A stretch of 40,134 nt of DNA from Deltaproteobacteria bacterium (GTDB lineage: Bacteria > Desulfobacterota > Syntrophia > Syntrophales > JAFGHS01): the NCBI GenBank assembly GCA_016930075.1, contig JAFGHS010000175.1:1-40134 (forward strand). Direction: 5' to 3'. Shown here piece after piece: positions 1 to 8,276 of this stretch (position 1 is the stretch's first letter; each line of letters begins with the position of its first letter). Both the position numbers and the translations under genes were made by a program. The notes beneath the pieces were generated by a model. That model made no database searches. It was not told the DNA's origin and saw only the letters and a program-made list of their open reading frames with translations.

Positions 1-919
1 CGCTGCCGCTCACAACGCCGACGTTTACCTGTCGGTTGGCAATGCCGGCGGAAGATGTAAGGTTAACGGCCTCGCCGTCGGTGACGGAGAGCCGATTCGT
101 CGCGTTATTGCCGGTAAATGAAGCAATGATGCTGTTATTGTCCGCCTTCAGGCTGAGGGTGTCCTCCAAAGTACCGTCCACAATCAGGGCGATGTCATTG
201 GTTCCGCTGAGAGCGGCAAAACCTATGGCTGATGGGTCGGCGCCGTCCGTGATGACGTTGTTGTACTGGGCCGTACCGACAAACAGGCCTGCATTACCGT
301 ATAGATCTGTGCCGGCGGCTGTCAGGACGGCCGTACCGGCATGGCTGCTGTCAAAGGTGAGTTCAATATCGCCCTGGACGGTCTGCACAGTCTTGTTGAG
401 GCCCGTATCCGCGTAAATGCTGTTGCCGCTGAGACTGACAGTCGATCCTGCGTACAGGCCATGGATGATGGTGGTCACCGTTGAGTCGCTCACTAAACTG
501 TAGGCCGTGACTGTTGTGTTTTCCTGGGCGCTGATGGATGTGAGGGCGCTGCCGACCGCATTTCCCGTTACGGCTAAAATATCCGTCGTCAAGATGGAAG
601 TGTTGAGCGGAGGGGCAAAGACTGCGTAGATTGTGCTGCCGTCATGAGTCGAACTGATAATAGCGGCTGGTGTAATTTCCACTGAATCTACACCGGCGGA
701 GATGGTCGCACTGAAATTTGCCGAGGAGTTAGCCTGATAGGTACTGTTGATCACGCTGCTGTTGGCAATGACCGGCACCGTGCTGACGTCATAGGTTACA
801 TCAGCCTGTGTCGTACCGACAGTCGTTGTCAGAATTGTGAGCATGCATAGAAGGGCATAACTTTTCCATATCAGCTTACGAAGATAACGAATTTTTTGTT
901 TTGATTTTAAGTTATTCAT
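1..919 (-). CDS. Partial gene, N-terminal 306 aa; the ORF runs off the window start. Large secreted Thr/Ser/Gly/Asn/Val-rich beta-repeat protein, possibly a surface or adhesin-like protein and a candidate cargo of the adjacent CsgG-like channel
   Basis: Manual minus-strand translation from the ATG at 917-919. It is absent from the ORF track because it has no in-window stop. Translation: MNNLKSKQKIRYLRKLIWKSYALLCMLTILTTTVGTTQA/DVTYDVSTVPVIANSS... Basic n-region, hydrophobic core and an AXA-type signal-peptidase site. The rest is low-complexity T/S/G/N/V sequence with alternating polar/hydrophobic residues. A GGAG-type SD lies upstream. The antisense ORF 36..416 is an artefact of this gene. Confidence 0.6.
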   Translation of the reverse strand, partial: MNNLKSKQKIRYLRKLIWKSYALLCMLTILTTTVGTTQADVTYDVSTVPVIANSSVINSTYQANSSANFSATISAGVDSVEITPAAIISSTHDGSTIYAVFAPPLNTSILTTDILAVTGNAVGSALTSISAQENTTVTAYSLVSDSTVTTIIHGLYAGSTVSLSGNSIYADTGLNKTVQTVQGDIELTFDSSHAGTAVLTAAGTDLYGNAGLFVGTAQYNNVITDGADPSAIGFAALSGTNDIALIVDGTLEDTLSLKADNNSIIASFTGNNATNRLSVTDGEAVNLTSSAGIANRQVNVGVVSGS

Positions 920-1020
920 TTTCGATTCCCCTCTCTCCAAATGCTTGAGACATAAAGTATTAATTATCATGACGACAGGTTTCCATAATTCGATGTTTAT
1001 TTTTTCCGTTTGCCCTTTGA

Positions 1021-2046
1021 TCAGCGCTGAAGTGCAGGGTTCTGCTTATTATCATCAACTTTCATTTCACCCGATGATGCCGGCAGAGGGACAGGGCGCG
1101 TTTTCTGCTCTTCATCATATCCTTTCCGCTGCATATCGGATATTTTCTGTTTTTCATCATTGTCTTTTTCTTCTTCCGAATAAGTCCAGGTTTCCGGCAT
1201 GCAACTGTCCGGCGAAACGCCTGTCGCATCGGCAATGAGATGCATGACCGACTCTTCGATGATGGCCCTTATTCCCAACTGTAATGGCTCCTGGCTTTTG
1301 TTACCGATATTGACGTCAAAAAGCTGGTCCGTTCCGTTGGCGCCGAAAAACCTGAAGAGCTCGAATCCCACTTCGAAGCCGGTGAACTGTTTCTGAAGAC
1401 TGACGGCGGAGACGACTTCAAGAGTCTGGGTTTTGACCAGTCGCAGGTCGGCGGCAACGCTCATGGTGTAAACGCGCGCCTTGGGGCCGATCTGACTCAC
1501 CCGGAATTCCGCGCCGCCGGACTGGATGTTGTAGTTCAACTCCGTAATGCCGCCCAAGATCGTATAGTCCGACTTCTTGACCGATCCCCCGAAATAGGGC
1601 ATCCAGGGCACCGTTTGGCCGTTGACTTCATGGTTCTGACCGTCTCCCAACTGTTTTAACCCGATATATCGGAGTTCGGCGTCCGTGACGCGCATGTCGA
1701 AGCGATCATGGATGTTTACGGCGTCTTTGAGTTTATAGAGGCCGGAAAAAAGCATGAGCGAGCCGCCCTGGGTGATAGCCGCGCCTTCCGACTCGGAGGC
1801 CTTGCCGGTGTAATCCTTGATTTCGCCGACGGCGATCTGGAGCTTCTTGCCGGCGAGATTATCGCTTAAGGCAAGCTTCCGGTTATAGCAGGACATGGCG
1901 CCGTCGAGCGGCGTTTTGTTGGCGCGGACAGACGGACCGACGACCAGTGGCGCTTCTCCGGAGGCCAGCTGCTCCATGCTGATGGAGGCGCATCCGGTTA
2001 TTGACAAAGTCATCAGAACTGCAAGTGCAAGTATGCGGAAGTTCAT
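1021..2046 (-). CDS. csgG: CsgG-family outer-membrane secretion lipoprotein (curli production assembly/transport component CsgG-like) with a ~80-aa charged Lys/Glu/Asp-rich C-terminal extension
   Basis: MNFRILALAVLMTLSITGCAS has a lipobox (ITG-C). The central region aligns by eye with E. coli CsgG blocks: LDGAMSCYNRK...IAVGEIKDYTGK, ILGGITELNYNIQSGGAEFRVSQIG...VYTMSVAADLRLVKTQTLEVV, FTGFEVGFELFRFFG. GGAGGTG SD 8 nt upstream. The start ATG at 2044-2046 sits 2 nt downstream of the upstream gene's stop codon (2049-2051), so the two are translationally coupled. Confidence 0.8.
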   Translation of the reverse strand: MNFRILALAVLMTLSITGCASISMEQLASGEAPLVVGPSVRANKTPLDGAMSCYNRKLALSDNLAGKKLQIAVGEIKDYTGKASESEGAAITQGGSLMLFSGLYKLKDAVNIHDRFDMRVTDAELRYIGLKQLGDGQNHEVNGQTVPWMPYFGGSVKKSDYTILGGITELNYNIQSGGAEFRVSQIGPKARVYTMSVAADLRLVKTQTLEVVSAVSLQKQFTGFEVGFELFRFFGANGTDQLFDVNIGNKSQEPLQLGIRAIIEESVMHLIADATGVSPDSCMPETWTYSEEEKDNDEKQKISDMQRKGYDEEQKTRPVPLPASSGEMKVDDNKQNPALQR

Positions 2047-2048
2047 TA

Positions 2049-2801
2049 TTATTCACCTCCGCTGTTGATCGGCGAACCGATGCTGCCGGACACAACATTG
2101 AAATGGCACGCCGAGCTGTCATAAATGGCGGAGGAAACATTACTGTTGTTCATATCCTGCGAAGAATTGAGAGCAACGCTCGCCCCGCCTCCCGTACCGG
2201 AAACCCCGGAAATATTGGACGAGAAGGTGTTGCCCGTGGCGGATGACGTCTGGGTGCTGCCGTCATTGCTCTGGGTCGTGTCGATCGAATTGGTGCCTCC
2301 GGCGGTCGAGGTGTTGCTTGCCACGTTGTCGTCGCCGGTTTGCGAGGTCAGCCCCGTATTGGACGTGGCGCCTCCCGATGTGATGGCGCCGGTGCCCGAA
2401 TTGCCGCTGGCGGATGATGACGTGCTGGAGCTCACCCCGATGGAAGGCGATGCGACGGGGGCATCCTGGGCGACGCTTCCCTGGTTTCCCAGGGCCTGGG
2501 ACGTCATGTTGCAGTCGATATAGGGCCCGGCAATGTTATAGTTGGTCGTGCTGTTGTAGGTGTTGCTGTATGTGTTGTAGTATCCCCCCTTGACCTTCAG
2601 AATAAAGTCAAGAACTGCGGCCTTCTGACTTCGTTCCGTCGTTGTTTCGAACTGCCAGGCCTGATTTTCGGAGAGGTCATTGGCCAGGGCTGCAAACGGG
2701 ACAACCGAGAATAGCGCAACGGCGGACATTAAGCATCCGGCCGCCCAAAATGGGGCGCGCCCCCAAAAGTGTTGAACGATACATCTGCAACTGTACCACA
2801 T
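2049..2801 (-). CDS. Secreted low-complexity protein, ~250 aa. The N-terminal region is N/Y/T-rich (GGYYNTYSNTYNSTTNYN) and the remainder is S/T/G/N-rich. Candidate CsgG-dependent secreted or amyloid-like subunit, or CsgF-like accessory
   Basis: The ORF track extends to 2840. I place the start at the ATG at 2799-2801 because a perfect AAGGAGG SD sits 8 nt upstream. The predicted N-terminus MWYSCRCIVQHFWGRAPFWAAGCLMSAVALFSVVPFAALA/NDL looks like a long signal peptide with an ALA-N cleavage site. Alternative starts are 2840 and 2729. Composition is extremely biased (S, T, G, N make up more than 60% of the C-terminal 170 aa). The stop lies 2 nt upstream of the csgG-like ATG. Confidence 0.55.
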   Translation of the reverse strand: MWYSCRCIVQHFWGRAPFWAAGCLMSAVALFSVVPFAALANDLSENQAWQFETTTERSQKAAVLDFILKVKGGYYNTYSNTYNSTTNYNIAGPYIDCNMTSQALGNQGSVAQDAPVASPSIGVSSSTSSSASGNSGTGAITSGGATSNTGLTSQTGDDNVASNTSTAGGTNSIDTTQSNDGSTQTSSATGNTFSSNISGVSGTGGGASVALNSSQDMNNSNVSSAIYDSSACHFNVVSGSIGSPINSGGE

Positions 2802-2886
2802 ATATGCGACCTCCTTAATCATAATTGTATTACATAGCAATATTTCGACCAGCGTCGTTGCAAAAACTCATAAACTTTTTCATCAC

Positions 2887-2902
2887 TGCAAAAAATGTTC
2901 CT
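2887..2902 (-). promoter_or_regulatory. Candidate sigma54 (-24/-12) promoter reading toward the low-complexity/CsgG operon
   Basis: Minus-strand sequence AGGAAC-ATTTT-TTGCA against the consensus TGGCAC-N5-TTGCA. The GG and GC dinucleotides and the spacing are correct, and TTGCA is perfect. It lies ~85 nt upstream of the 2801 start. A perfect 10-bp palindrome CTGCATGCAG at 3035-3044, ~135 bp further upstream, is a plausible enhancer-binding-protein site. An NtrC-family activator is encoded immediately upstream on the same strand. Confidence 0.35.
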
Positions 2903-3164
2903 ATGCGTTGAATACATTAGAAAATATGAGGGCCGAAAAAAAATCGAATTCGCATCGGATCGCCTATGATTCGAGTATCACGGTCATATCAGCTTAATCG
3001 GGGCAGGATAATATCTATGTATTTAATTATTCGACTGCATGCAGGAGCAGTAAATGATGAGAAACAGGTTAATTAGGGAAATGCGACTATGGAATCATTT
3101 CCATTATTAGCGGGAGGGTTATCCCTATCAACGGGTTAAGAGTAAAGGAGTATATGAGAGGCGA

Positions 3165-4706
3165 TCACCCCTTCCCGGATGTCCTGCTCCGGGATTTGCC
3201 TTCACCATGACGGAGAGGCAATGTAACTGTAAAGATGCTTCCCCGGCCTTCCACGCTCTCGACGTCGATGCTCCCATGATGCTGCTTCACGATGGAATAA
3301 CACAGAGGCAAGCCAAGGCCGGCCCCTTTTCCTATGGGAGATGTTGTATAGAAAGGATCAAAAATCTTGACGATATCCCGAGCAGGGATGCCGCAGCCGG
3401 TATCCGCAATCCGGGCATGAACCTGAGAACGGTCCGTTCTTACGTCGATGTCGAGGCGGCCACCAGAGGGCATGGCATGGATGGCATTTAAAAAAATATT
3501 CATAAAGACCTGCTGAAGCAGTGTGCCGACCCCTTCGATCATGACCGGCTTTTTGGGAAAAGAGGCGCGGATTTTGATATTGAAGAGGTTGGCCTGATAC
3601 GTCACGAGGGTCTGAGTCTCCTTGATCAGGGGAACAATGTCGATCAGGGGCTTCCGGGTCGTCGTGGAGGGATGGGCATATTTCAGCAGATTTTCGACGA
3701 TGTCCGAGGTTCGCCGGATGCCTTTGTATATCTTCTCGGCGCACTCACGGCGGAACTCCGGCGTTACATCTTCGTCTAAAAGAAACTGGGCGCTGGATGA
3801 GCAGATGGCCAGGGGGTTCCTGATCTCATGGGCAATGCCGCCTGCCATGACCCCGAGAGCGGCAAATTTCTGCGATTGATACATCTCCAGTTCATATTTT
3901 TGATGCTCCGTCAAATCCCGGCCTATGGCCACGATGCCCGTCGTCCGGTTATCGCTGTCCTTCAGGGGAGAAAAAACCCAGGAAACGGGGATCAATGCGC
4001 CCTTACGGGTCAGCAAGGGGCATTCTTTCATCCGGGTGAGGTCGCGGGCATCGGTATGACGAAGAATCTCCTCAATGTCGCTGCGGTCTTCCTCGGCGAA
4101 AAGGTAGGCGAATCGGAGTTTCGCGGCTTCTGCCGGCAAATAACCGGAAAGCCTTTCCGCCGCTGGGTTCCATGTCAAAATCATGCCTTTTTTATCCACG
4201 GAGACAATGAGGTCGCTGGCGCTCTCCACAACGCCGGCCAGATGCCGTTCCATTCGCCGCATCTCTTCCATGAGATGCGCCTGTTCCGTCACATCGTTTA
4301 CCAGAATAAGGGTTCCTTCAACACGGTTCTCCCGGATAAAAGGCAGGAGGCGGTAATAGAAAAAGCGGACGGGCATTCCTGCGGCGCGATAGGTCATGCG
4401 CTCCCATTTGGATGGTTGTATATTCACAATGACCTGACGAATGCGCTCGACAATATCCATCTGGTCGATGAGGTCCGAGGGGAATATCTCTTCAAGGCGA
4501 CGGCCGATAGTTTCTTCTGTGGTCTTTTGGCTGTATTCCAGAACGGAGCGGTTTACCGAAATAATGCGCAAATGCTTGTCGACGAGGAGGACGGCTGAGG
4601 GAATGGCGTCAAGAAGCATGGTGTAGAGATGTTTGTATCTGCCTGAATGTTCGCGCCTTTCAGAAACAGTGGGCTTCGTTTTCACACCGACTTTTTTTTC
4701 TGTCAT
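3165..4706 (-). CDS. Cytoplasmic PAS-PAS sensor histidine kinase (NtrB/AtoS-like HisKA + HATPase_c)
   Basis: H-box AHEIRNPL. G-boxes DTGCGIP and GKGAGLGL. Two PAS-like segments and no TM helices. I prefer the ATG at 4704-4706 (MTEKK...), which has an AAGGA SD, over the TTG at 4742 used by the ORF track. It lies downstream of and on the same strand as the sigma54 activator. Confidence 0.9.
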   Translation of the reverse strand: MTEKKVGVKTKPTVSERREHSGRYKHLYTMLLDAIPSAVLLVDKHLRIISVNRSVLEYSQKTTEETIGRRLEEIFPSDLIDQMDIVERIRQVIVNIQPSKWERMTYRAAGMPVRFFYYRLLPFIRENRVEGTLILVNDVTEQAHLMEEMRRMERHLAGVVESASDLIVSVDKKGMILTWNPAAERLSGYLPAEAAKLRFAYLFAEEDRSDIEEILRHTDARDLTRMKECPLLTRKGALIPVSWVFSPLKDSDNRTTGIVAIGRDLTEHQKYELEMYQSQKFAALGVMAGGIAHEIRNPLAICSSSAQFLLDEDVTPEFRRECAEKIYKGIRRTSDIVENLLKYAHPSTTTRKPLIDIVPLIKETQTLVTYQANLFNIKIRASFPKKPVMIEGVGTLLQQVFMNIFLNAIHAMPSGGRLDIDVRTDRSQVHARIADTGCGIPARDIVKIFDPFYTTSPIGKGAGLGLPLCYSIVKQHHGSIDVESVEGRGSIFTVTLPLRHGEGKSRSRTSGKG

Positions 4707-4800
4707 GTGTTTTTTCCTTATGTCCGGCGAACAGGCCGTCAAATCCTTCTTTATGAAAGGGGCTTTCCTGCAATTGTCTCAATAGAAAAAAATATCCGCG

Positions 4801-6228
4801 TCATTCTGCCTGTGTCTCGTCGTCATCTCTGCCGATTTGCTCAATGCCGTACTTCTTTGCCTTTGTGTGAATGGTTTTGTAATCGACCCGCAACAATCTT
4901 GCCGCACGGGCCTTGTTGCCGCCGGTAAATTTGAGCACCTCCGTGAGCACCTCTTTTTCCACGGCAAGCACGCTCTGCTGGACAATCTCGCTTAAGGAGG
5001 CATTCTTCCAGGGCGTTCCCTGAATTTTCGGGGAAAAGGCCATGCCCGGCGTTGCCGCCCGCTTGATATTGAGATCCTTTTCGGTGATGACGTCGACGGC
5101 CACCAGGGCCGCCCGCCGGATTACCGAGCGAAGCTGGCGCACGTTTCCCGGCCAGTTGTATGACATCAGTTTTTCCACCGCCTCGTCCGTGAATCCGGTA
5201 ATCGTTTTTTCCAGTTCTGCATTGGCCGAATCAAGAAAACGTTTGGCCAGATAAGGGATATCATCTTTTCTTTCGCGGAGAGCGGGAATGTGGATGGTAA
5301 ACTCGCTTAAGCGATAATAAAGATCGCTGCGAAACTCCTCGCGCAGCACCATTTCCTGGAGGTCCTGGTTGGTGGCCACAATGAGCCGGAGATCGACCGG
5401 CACGGCCTTGACGCCGCCTACCCGGTAGATCTTCCGGTCCTGGAGGACCCGCAGGCACTTTGCCTGGGAACCGGCGGGCATGTTACCAATTTCATCCATA
5501 AGAAGGGAGCCGCCGTGGGCCAGTTCAAATTTCCCCAGCTTTTGTCGCTCCGCTCCGGTGAACGATCCCTTTTCATGACCGAACAATTCACTCTCCAGGA
5601 GGTTTTCGGGAATGGCGCCGCAATCGACGGCCAGGAAAGGTCCCTTCGCACGGGGGCTGTCGTCGTGAATGGCCCTGGCGACCAGTTCTTTTCCCGTGCC
5701 CGTTTCGCCGAGAATGACTACGGAAAAATCGGATTTTGCCACACGGTGAATCTCCGCCACCAGGCGGGCGACCTTGTCGCTCGGCCCCATTTGCTCGATG
5801 AGGCTGTAGTTGCCGCTGTAACGGGTATCGATGGATTTTATGTTCTTCTTTAACTGTCTCTCCGCCAGGGCGCGGCGAACGATCCAGAGCACTTCGTCAT
5901 TATCGAAGGGTTTGGAAAGGTAATCATAAGCCCCTTCCTTCATGGCCGTAACGGCTTGACGGCTTTCGGCGTATGCCGTAATCAGGATCACAGGCAGATC
6001 ATTGTCGATCTGCTTGATTTTTTTGAGGACCTCCATGCCGTCAAGACCCGGCATGCGCACGTCGAGGAGGACGGCATCCGGTTTTTCGGAGAACAGCTTC
6101 TGCATGGCTTCCCGTCCGTCCGAAGCGGTGAAGACCCGGAAACCGTCCTTTTTGAGGAGAAGCCTCAGAATATTCCTGATTTCTTCCTCGTCATCGACAA
6201 CGAGGATGCCTGTGTCCTGCTCCGTCAC
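4801..6228 (-). CDS. Sigma54-dependent response regulator, NtrC/AtoC family (REC + AAA+ sigma54-interaction + Fis-type HTH)
   Basis: N-terminal ILVVDDEEEIRNIL...DAVLLDVRMPGLDG receiver. Walker A GETGTGKE. GAFTGA-type loop ESELFGHEKGSFTGA. C-terminal HTH ARLLRVDYKTIHTKAKKYGI. The first possible start is a GTG at 6226-6228, immediately preceded by an in-frame TAA. Confidence 0.92.
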   Translation of the reverse strand: MTEQDTGILVVDDEEEIRNILRLLLKKDGFRVFTASDGREAMQKLFSEKPDAVLLDVRMPGLDGMEVLKKIKQIDNDLPVILITAYAESRQAVTAMKEGAYDYLSKPFDNDEVLWIVRRALAERQLKKNIKSIDTRYSGNYSLIEQMGPSDKVARLVAEIHRVAKSDFSVVILGETGTGKELVARAIHDDSPRAKGPFLAVDCGAIPENLLESELFGHEKGSFTGAERQKLGKFELAHGGSLLMDEIGNMPAGSQAKCLRVLQDRKIYRVGGVKAVPVDLRLIVATNQDLQEMVLREEFRSDLYYRLSEFTIHIPALRERKDDIPYLAKRFLDSANAELEKTITGFTDEAVEKLMSYNWPGNVRQLRSVIRRAALVAVDVITEKDLNIKRAATPGMAFSPKIQGTPWKNASLSEIVQQSVLAVEKEVLTEVLKFTGGNKARAARLLRVDYKTIHTKAKKYGIEQIGRDDDETQAE

Positions 6229-6318
6229 TTATTTCCCCGTATTTCCTTCCGTTTTATAATTCGCGGTTTGCCGCTATTGCTGCATGTTGCCCTGTCCCGA
6301 AAGATTGCGGTTGCGGGA

Positions 6319-6549
6319 TCAGTGCTCAGGAATGTTTTGACGCTTATATGGAATTATGACGGTCCTGTCAAGGGCGAGTGGAACAGGACCGGTGCGGTGC
6401 CGGAGGGCCTTATCCGCCGCCTCGAAATCATGGCGCGTACCGGCTGTGTAAAAAAGGGCCCGTGGGAGAACCTGCCGGATATTCCGTTCACAGGGCTCCG
6501 CATCCGGGGCGGCCTCTTCGGCTATCAGAATGCGAAGCATTTTAGCCAT
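6319..6549 (-). CDS. Hypothetical small protein (~76 aa), function unknown
   Basis: ORF with a strong AAGGAG SD 7 nt before the second ATG (MAKMLRILIAEEAAPDAEPCERN...). No motif recognised. It sits between the two-component operon and the sigma-region-4-like gene. Confidence 0.35.
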   Translation of the reverse strand: MAKMLRILIAEEAAPDAEPCERNIRQVLPRALFYTAGTRHDFEAADKALRHRTGPVPLALDRTVIIPYKRQNIPEH

Positions 6550-6623
6550 CGGCATTCTCCTTTTACAGGGATGAACAGAAAGTCTTTTTCATATTGAAAG
6601 TCAGATAACGGCCGCCGGATGAA

Positions 6624-6908
6624 TTACATCAAATCCCAGTCGCTGTCCGGGGAGGCGAAATCCTTGAGTTGGTTTCTTCTTTTCTTGTGCTGCAACTTTT
6701 TCAGGGCCTTGGCTTCGATCTGGCGGATTCGCTCTCTCGTTACGCCCATCATCTCGCCGACTTCTTCAAGGGTGAAAGGACCGTAATTGCATGCGACCCA
6801 TGTGCAATTAAGGAAATCTTCATTCTTCAGACGCCATTCGCAGGTCGTCTCATGACAGATTTCGGAAATAAGATTGCCGTGCTTTTTGCATCGATATTGA
6901 TTGATCAA
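6624..6908 (-). CDS. Small Cys/His-rich protein with a C-terminal sigma70 region 4.2 helix-turn-helix that nearly copies the primary sigma factor
   Basis: The C-terminus [33 protein letters not shown] closely matches RpoD region 4.2 ([28 protein letters not shown]). The N-terminal 45 aa carry C7, H10, C18, H19, C23, C35 and C40, a possible Zn-binding module. The start is a TTG at 6906-6908 with an AGGAG SD 9 nt upstream. There is no in-frame ATG before residue 52. Confidence 0.6.
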   Translation of the reverse strand: MINQYRCKKHGNLISEICHETTCEWRLKNEDFLNCTWVACNYGPFTLEEVGEMMGVTRERIRQIEAKALKKLQHKKRRNQLKDFASPDSDWDLM

Positions 6909-6974
6909 GGTATTAATCTCCTGTTCATTATGATGCCGTAAAATATTTCCTGTTTAGTCTTTTGTCAAGACTAA

Positions 6975-8276
6975 TCATGAATTATCATGCAGGCGTTTTT
7001 GCAGGCGATTTGAACGGTGCACTAAACTGTTGCGTCCTTTTTGCGTCTCGACGCACGCCAGGGCCGTGCTGACAAAATGTTCGGCCCGATGGACGTCGCG
7101 AAGCCGGTGTTCGCACCATTTTGCCAGTTCTGTAAGGGCAAAGACATCGCCGGGATCATGTTCAAGCATGGTTTCCCAAACGGCTACGGCTTCCGCCCAA
7201 CGGCCGGCCCGCTTGTGGATGAGGGATAACAGTTTTAAAGACCCGGCTTTAACCTCGTCATTATCCGAGTTCATCAAAGAAAGAAGCCGCCGGTGTGCCT
7301 CGGGAACCTGTCCCCGGTCGTGAAAAAGCTTGGCGGCGCAAAGCAGGTCGGACGGATGGCAACGATCCGAATCCGCCGGATGGTTCATAAGCTCCGTGAG
7401 GTGACGGGCCAGGGCGGCCATGGAGATGATGTCAAGGCGGTTGTGCTCAAATACATCAACCATCAGGCGGGCGTCGTGCCTTTTCAACCAGTCGAAATAC
7501 CGCTGCGGTATTTCGCTTCCCGGCAGATCATCCTCGCGGTAGAAACCGATAATCGATTCTTCCAGCGTGGCAAGGCGATGATTGATCAGGCGACTGCCGA
7601 AGAGCCGCCGGGACGGATGGAGCAGGTCCAGATGGGGCATGGCGGAGAAGGGATTGGGAAGCCGGTTAAGAATGAGGCGCGTTGTGAGGAGTCCGATATC
7701 GAAGGCCTTGCCGTTGAAGGTGACGAGAAATTTCCTGTCTCTGACGATTTCATTGAGAAAGACAAGAGCGGCCTGTTCTTCCGCAAAATCGCGGGCGAAT
7801 ATCTGGCGGGTGACAAAGACATCGCCTTCAAACCACCCCAGACCGATGAGAAAGGCAAGGGTGCCCGTCCCCCCCATGAGCCCCGTCGTTTCCGTGTCGA
7901 GAAACAGGCCGTCGGCCGCGGTGCAATCGGCAATGTCCGGATCGTTGGCGATGAAGGCGGCCGCCTGCATGTCCATGGCGGCGCAATCCCTGACGCATGT
8001 GTTCCCGTGACAGGACGAACCGTCGACGTTGCCGGGGACAACATAGAAGCGCCCGAAGGCATTGGCAATTTCCTCGCCGCAAATGAGATCGGTCAGCAGA
8101 CGGCCCTTTCCCCGGAAGGCATTCTGAGGCGCTGTCCGGATTGTTGCATCGGGTCTGCGCGCCATAATCGTTTCGATCTTATTGCGCAACTCCCCGATTT
8201 CGGCCTGCCGGGAGGGCTGATGGGGCTTCTGTTTTGTTTCTCCGGAGAGTCTTTTTAGTCTGTCGATAACATTCAT
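6975..8276 (-). CDS. mrfB: MrfB/YprB-like DEDD-family 3'-5' exonuclease (RNase H-like fold) with a C-terminal TPR-like helical domain
   Basis: Exonuclease motif I FLDTETTGL. Further blocks: FLVTFNGKAFDIGLL, HLDLLHPSRRLFG. The C-terminal ~120 aa are helical and TPR-like. The start ATG (8274-8276, MNVIDRL) overlaps the helicase stop in an ATATGAATG arrangement, indicating translational coupling. The ORF-track start at 8372 would overlap the helicase by 100 nt and is rejected. Confidence 0.75.
   Translation of the reverse strand: MNVIDRLKRLSGETKQKPHQPSRQAEIGELRNKIETIMARRPDATIRTAPQNAFRGKGRLLTDLICGEEIANAFGRFYVVPGNVDGSSCHGNTCVRDCAAMDMQAAAFIANDPDIADCTAADGLFLDTETTGLMGGTGTLAFLIGLGWFEGDVFVTRQIFARDFAEEQAALVFLNEIVRDRKFLVTFNGKAFDIGLLTTRLILNRLPNPFSAMPHLDLLHPSRRLFGSRLINHRLATLEESIIGFYREDDLPGSEIPQRYFDWLKRHDARLMVDVFEHNRLDIISMAALARHLTELMNHPADSDRCHPSDLLCAAKLFHDRGQVPEAHRRLLSLMNSDNDEVKAGSLKLLSLIHKRAGRWAEAVAVWETMLEHDPGDVFALTELAKWCEHRLRDVHRAEHFVSTALACVETQKGRNSLVHRSNRLQKRLHDNS

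Noticed and set aside
36-416. 126-aa plus-strand ORF at the left edge
   Set aside because: It lies antisense to the much longer Thr-rich secreted-protein gene (1-919, minus). Its low-complexity translation is a mirror artefact and it has no SD.
3828-4598. 256-aa plus-strand ORF
   Set aside because: It is antisense to the histidine-kinase gene, whose H/G boxes give unambiguous support to the minus frame.
7293-8258. 321-aa plus-strand ORF and overlapping 7582-8010 / 7586-8068 ORFs
   Set aside because: They are antisense to the MrfB-like exonuclease gene and give Arg/Gly/Pro-rich junk translations.
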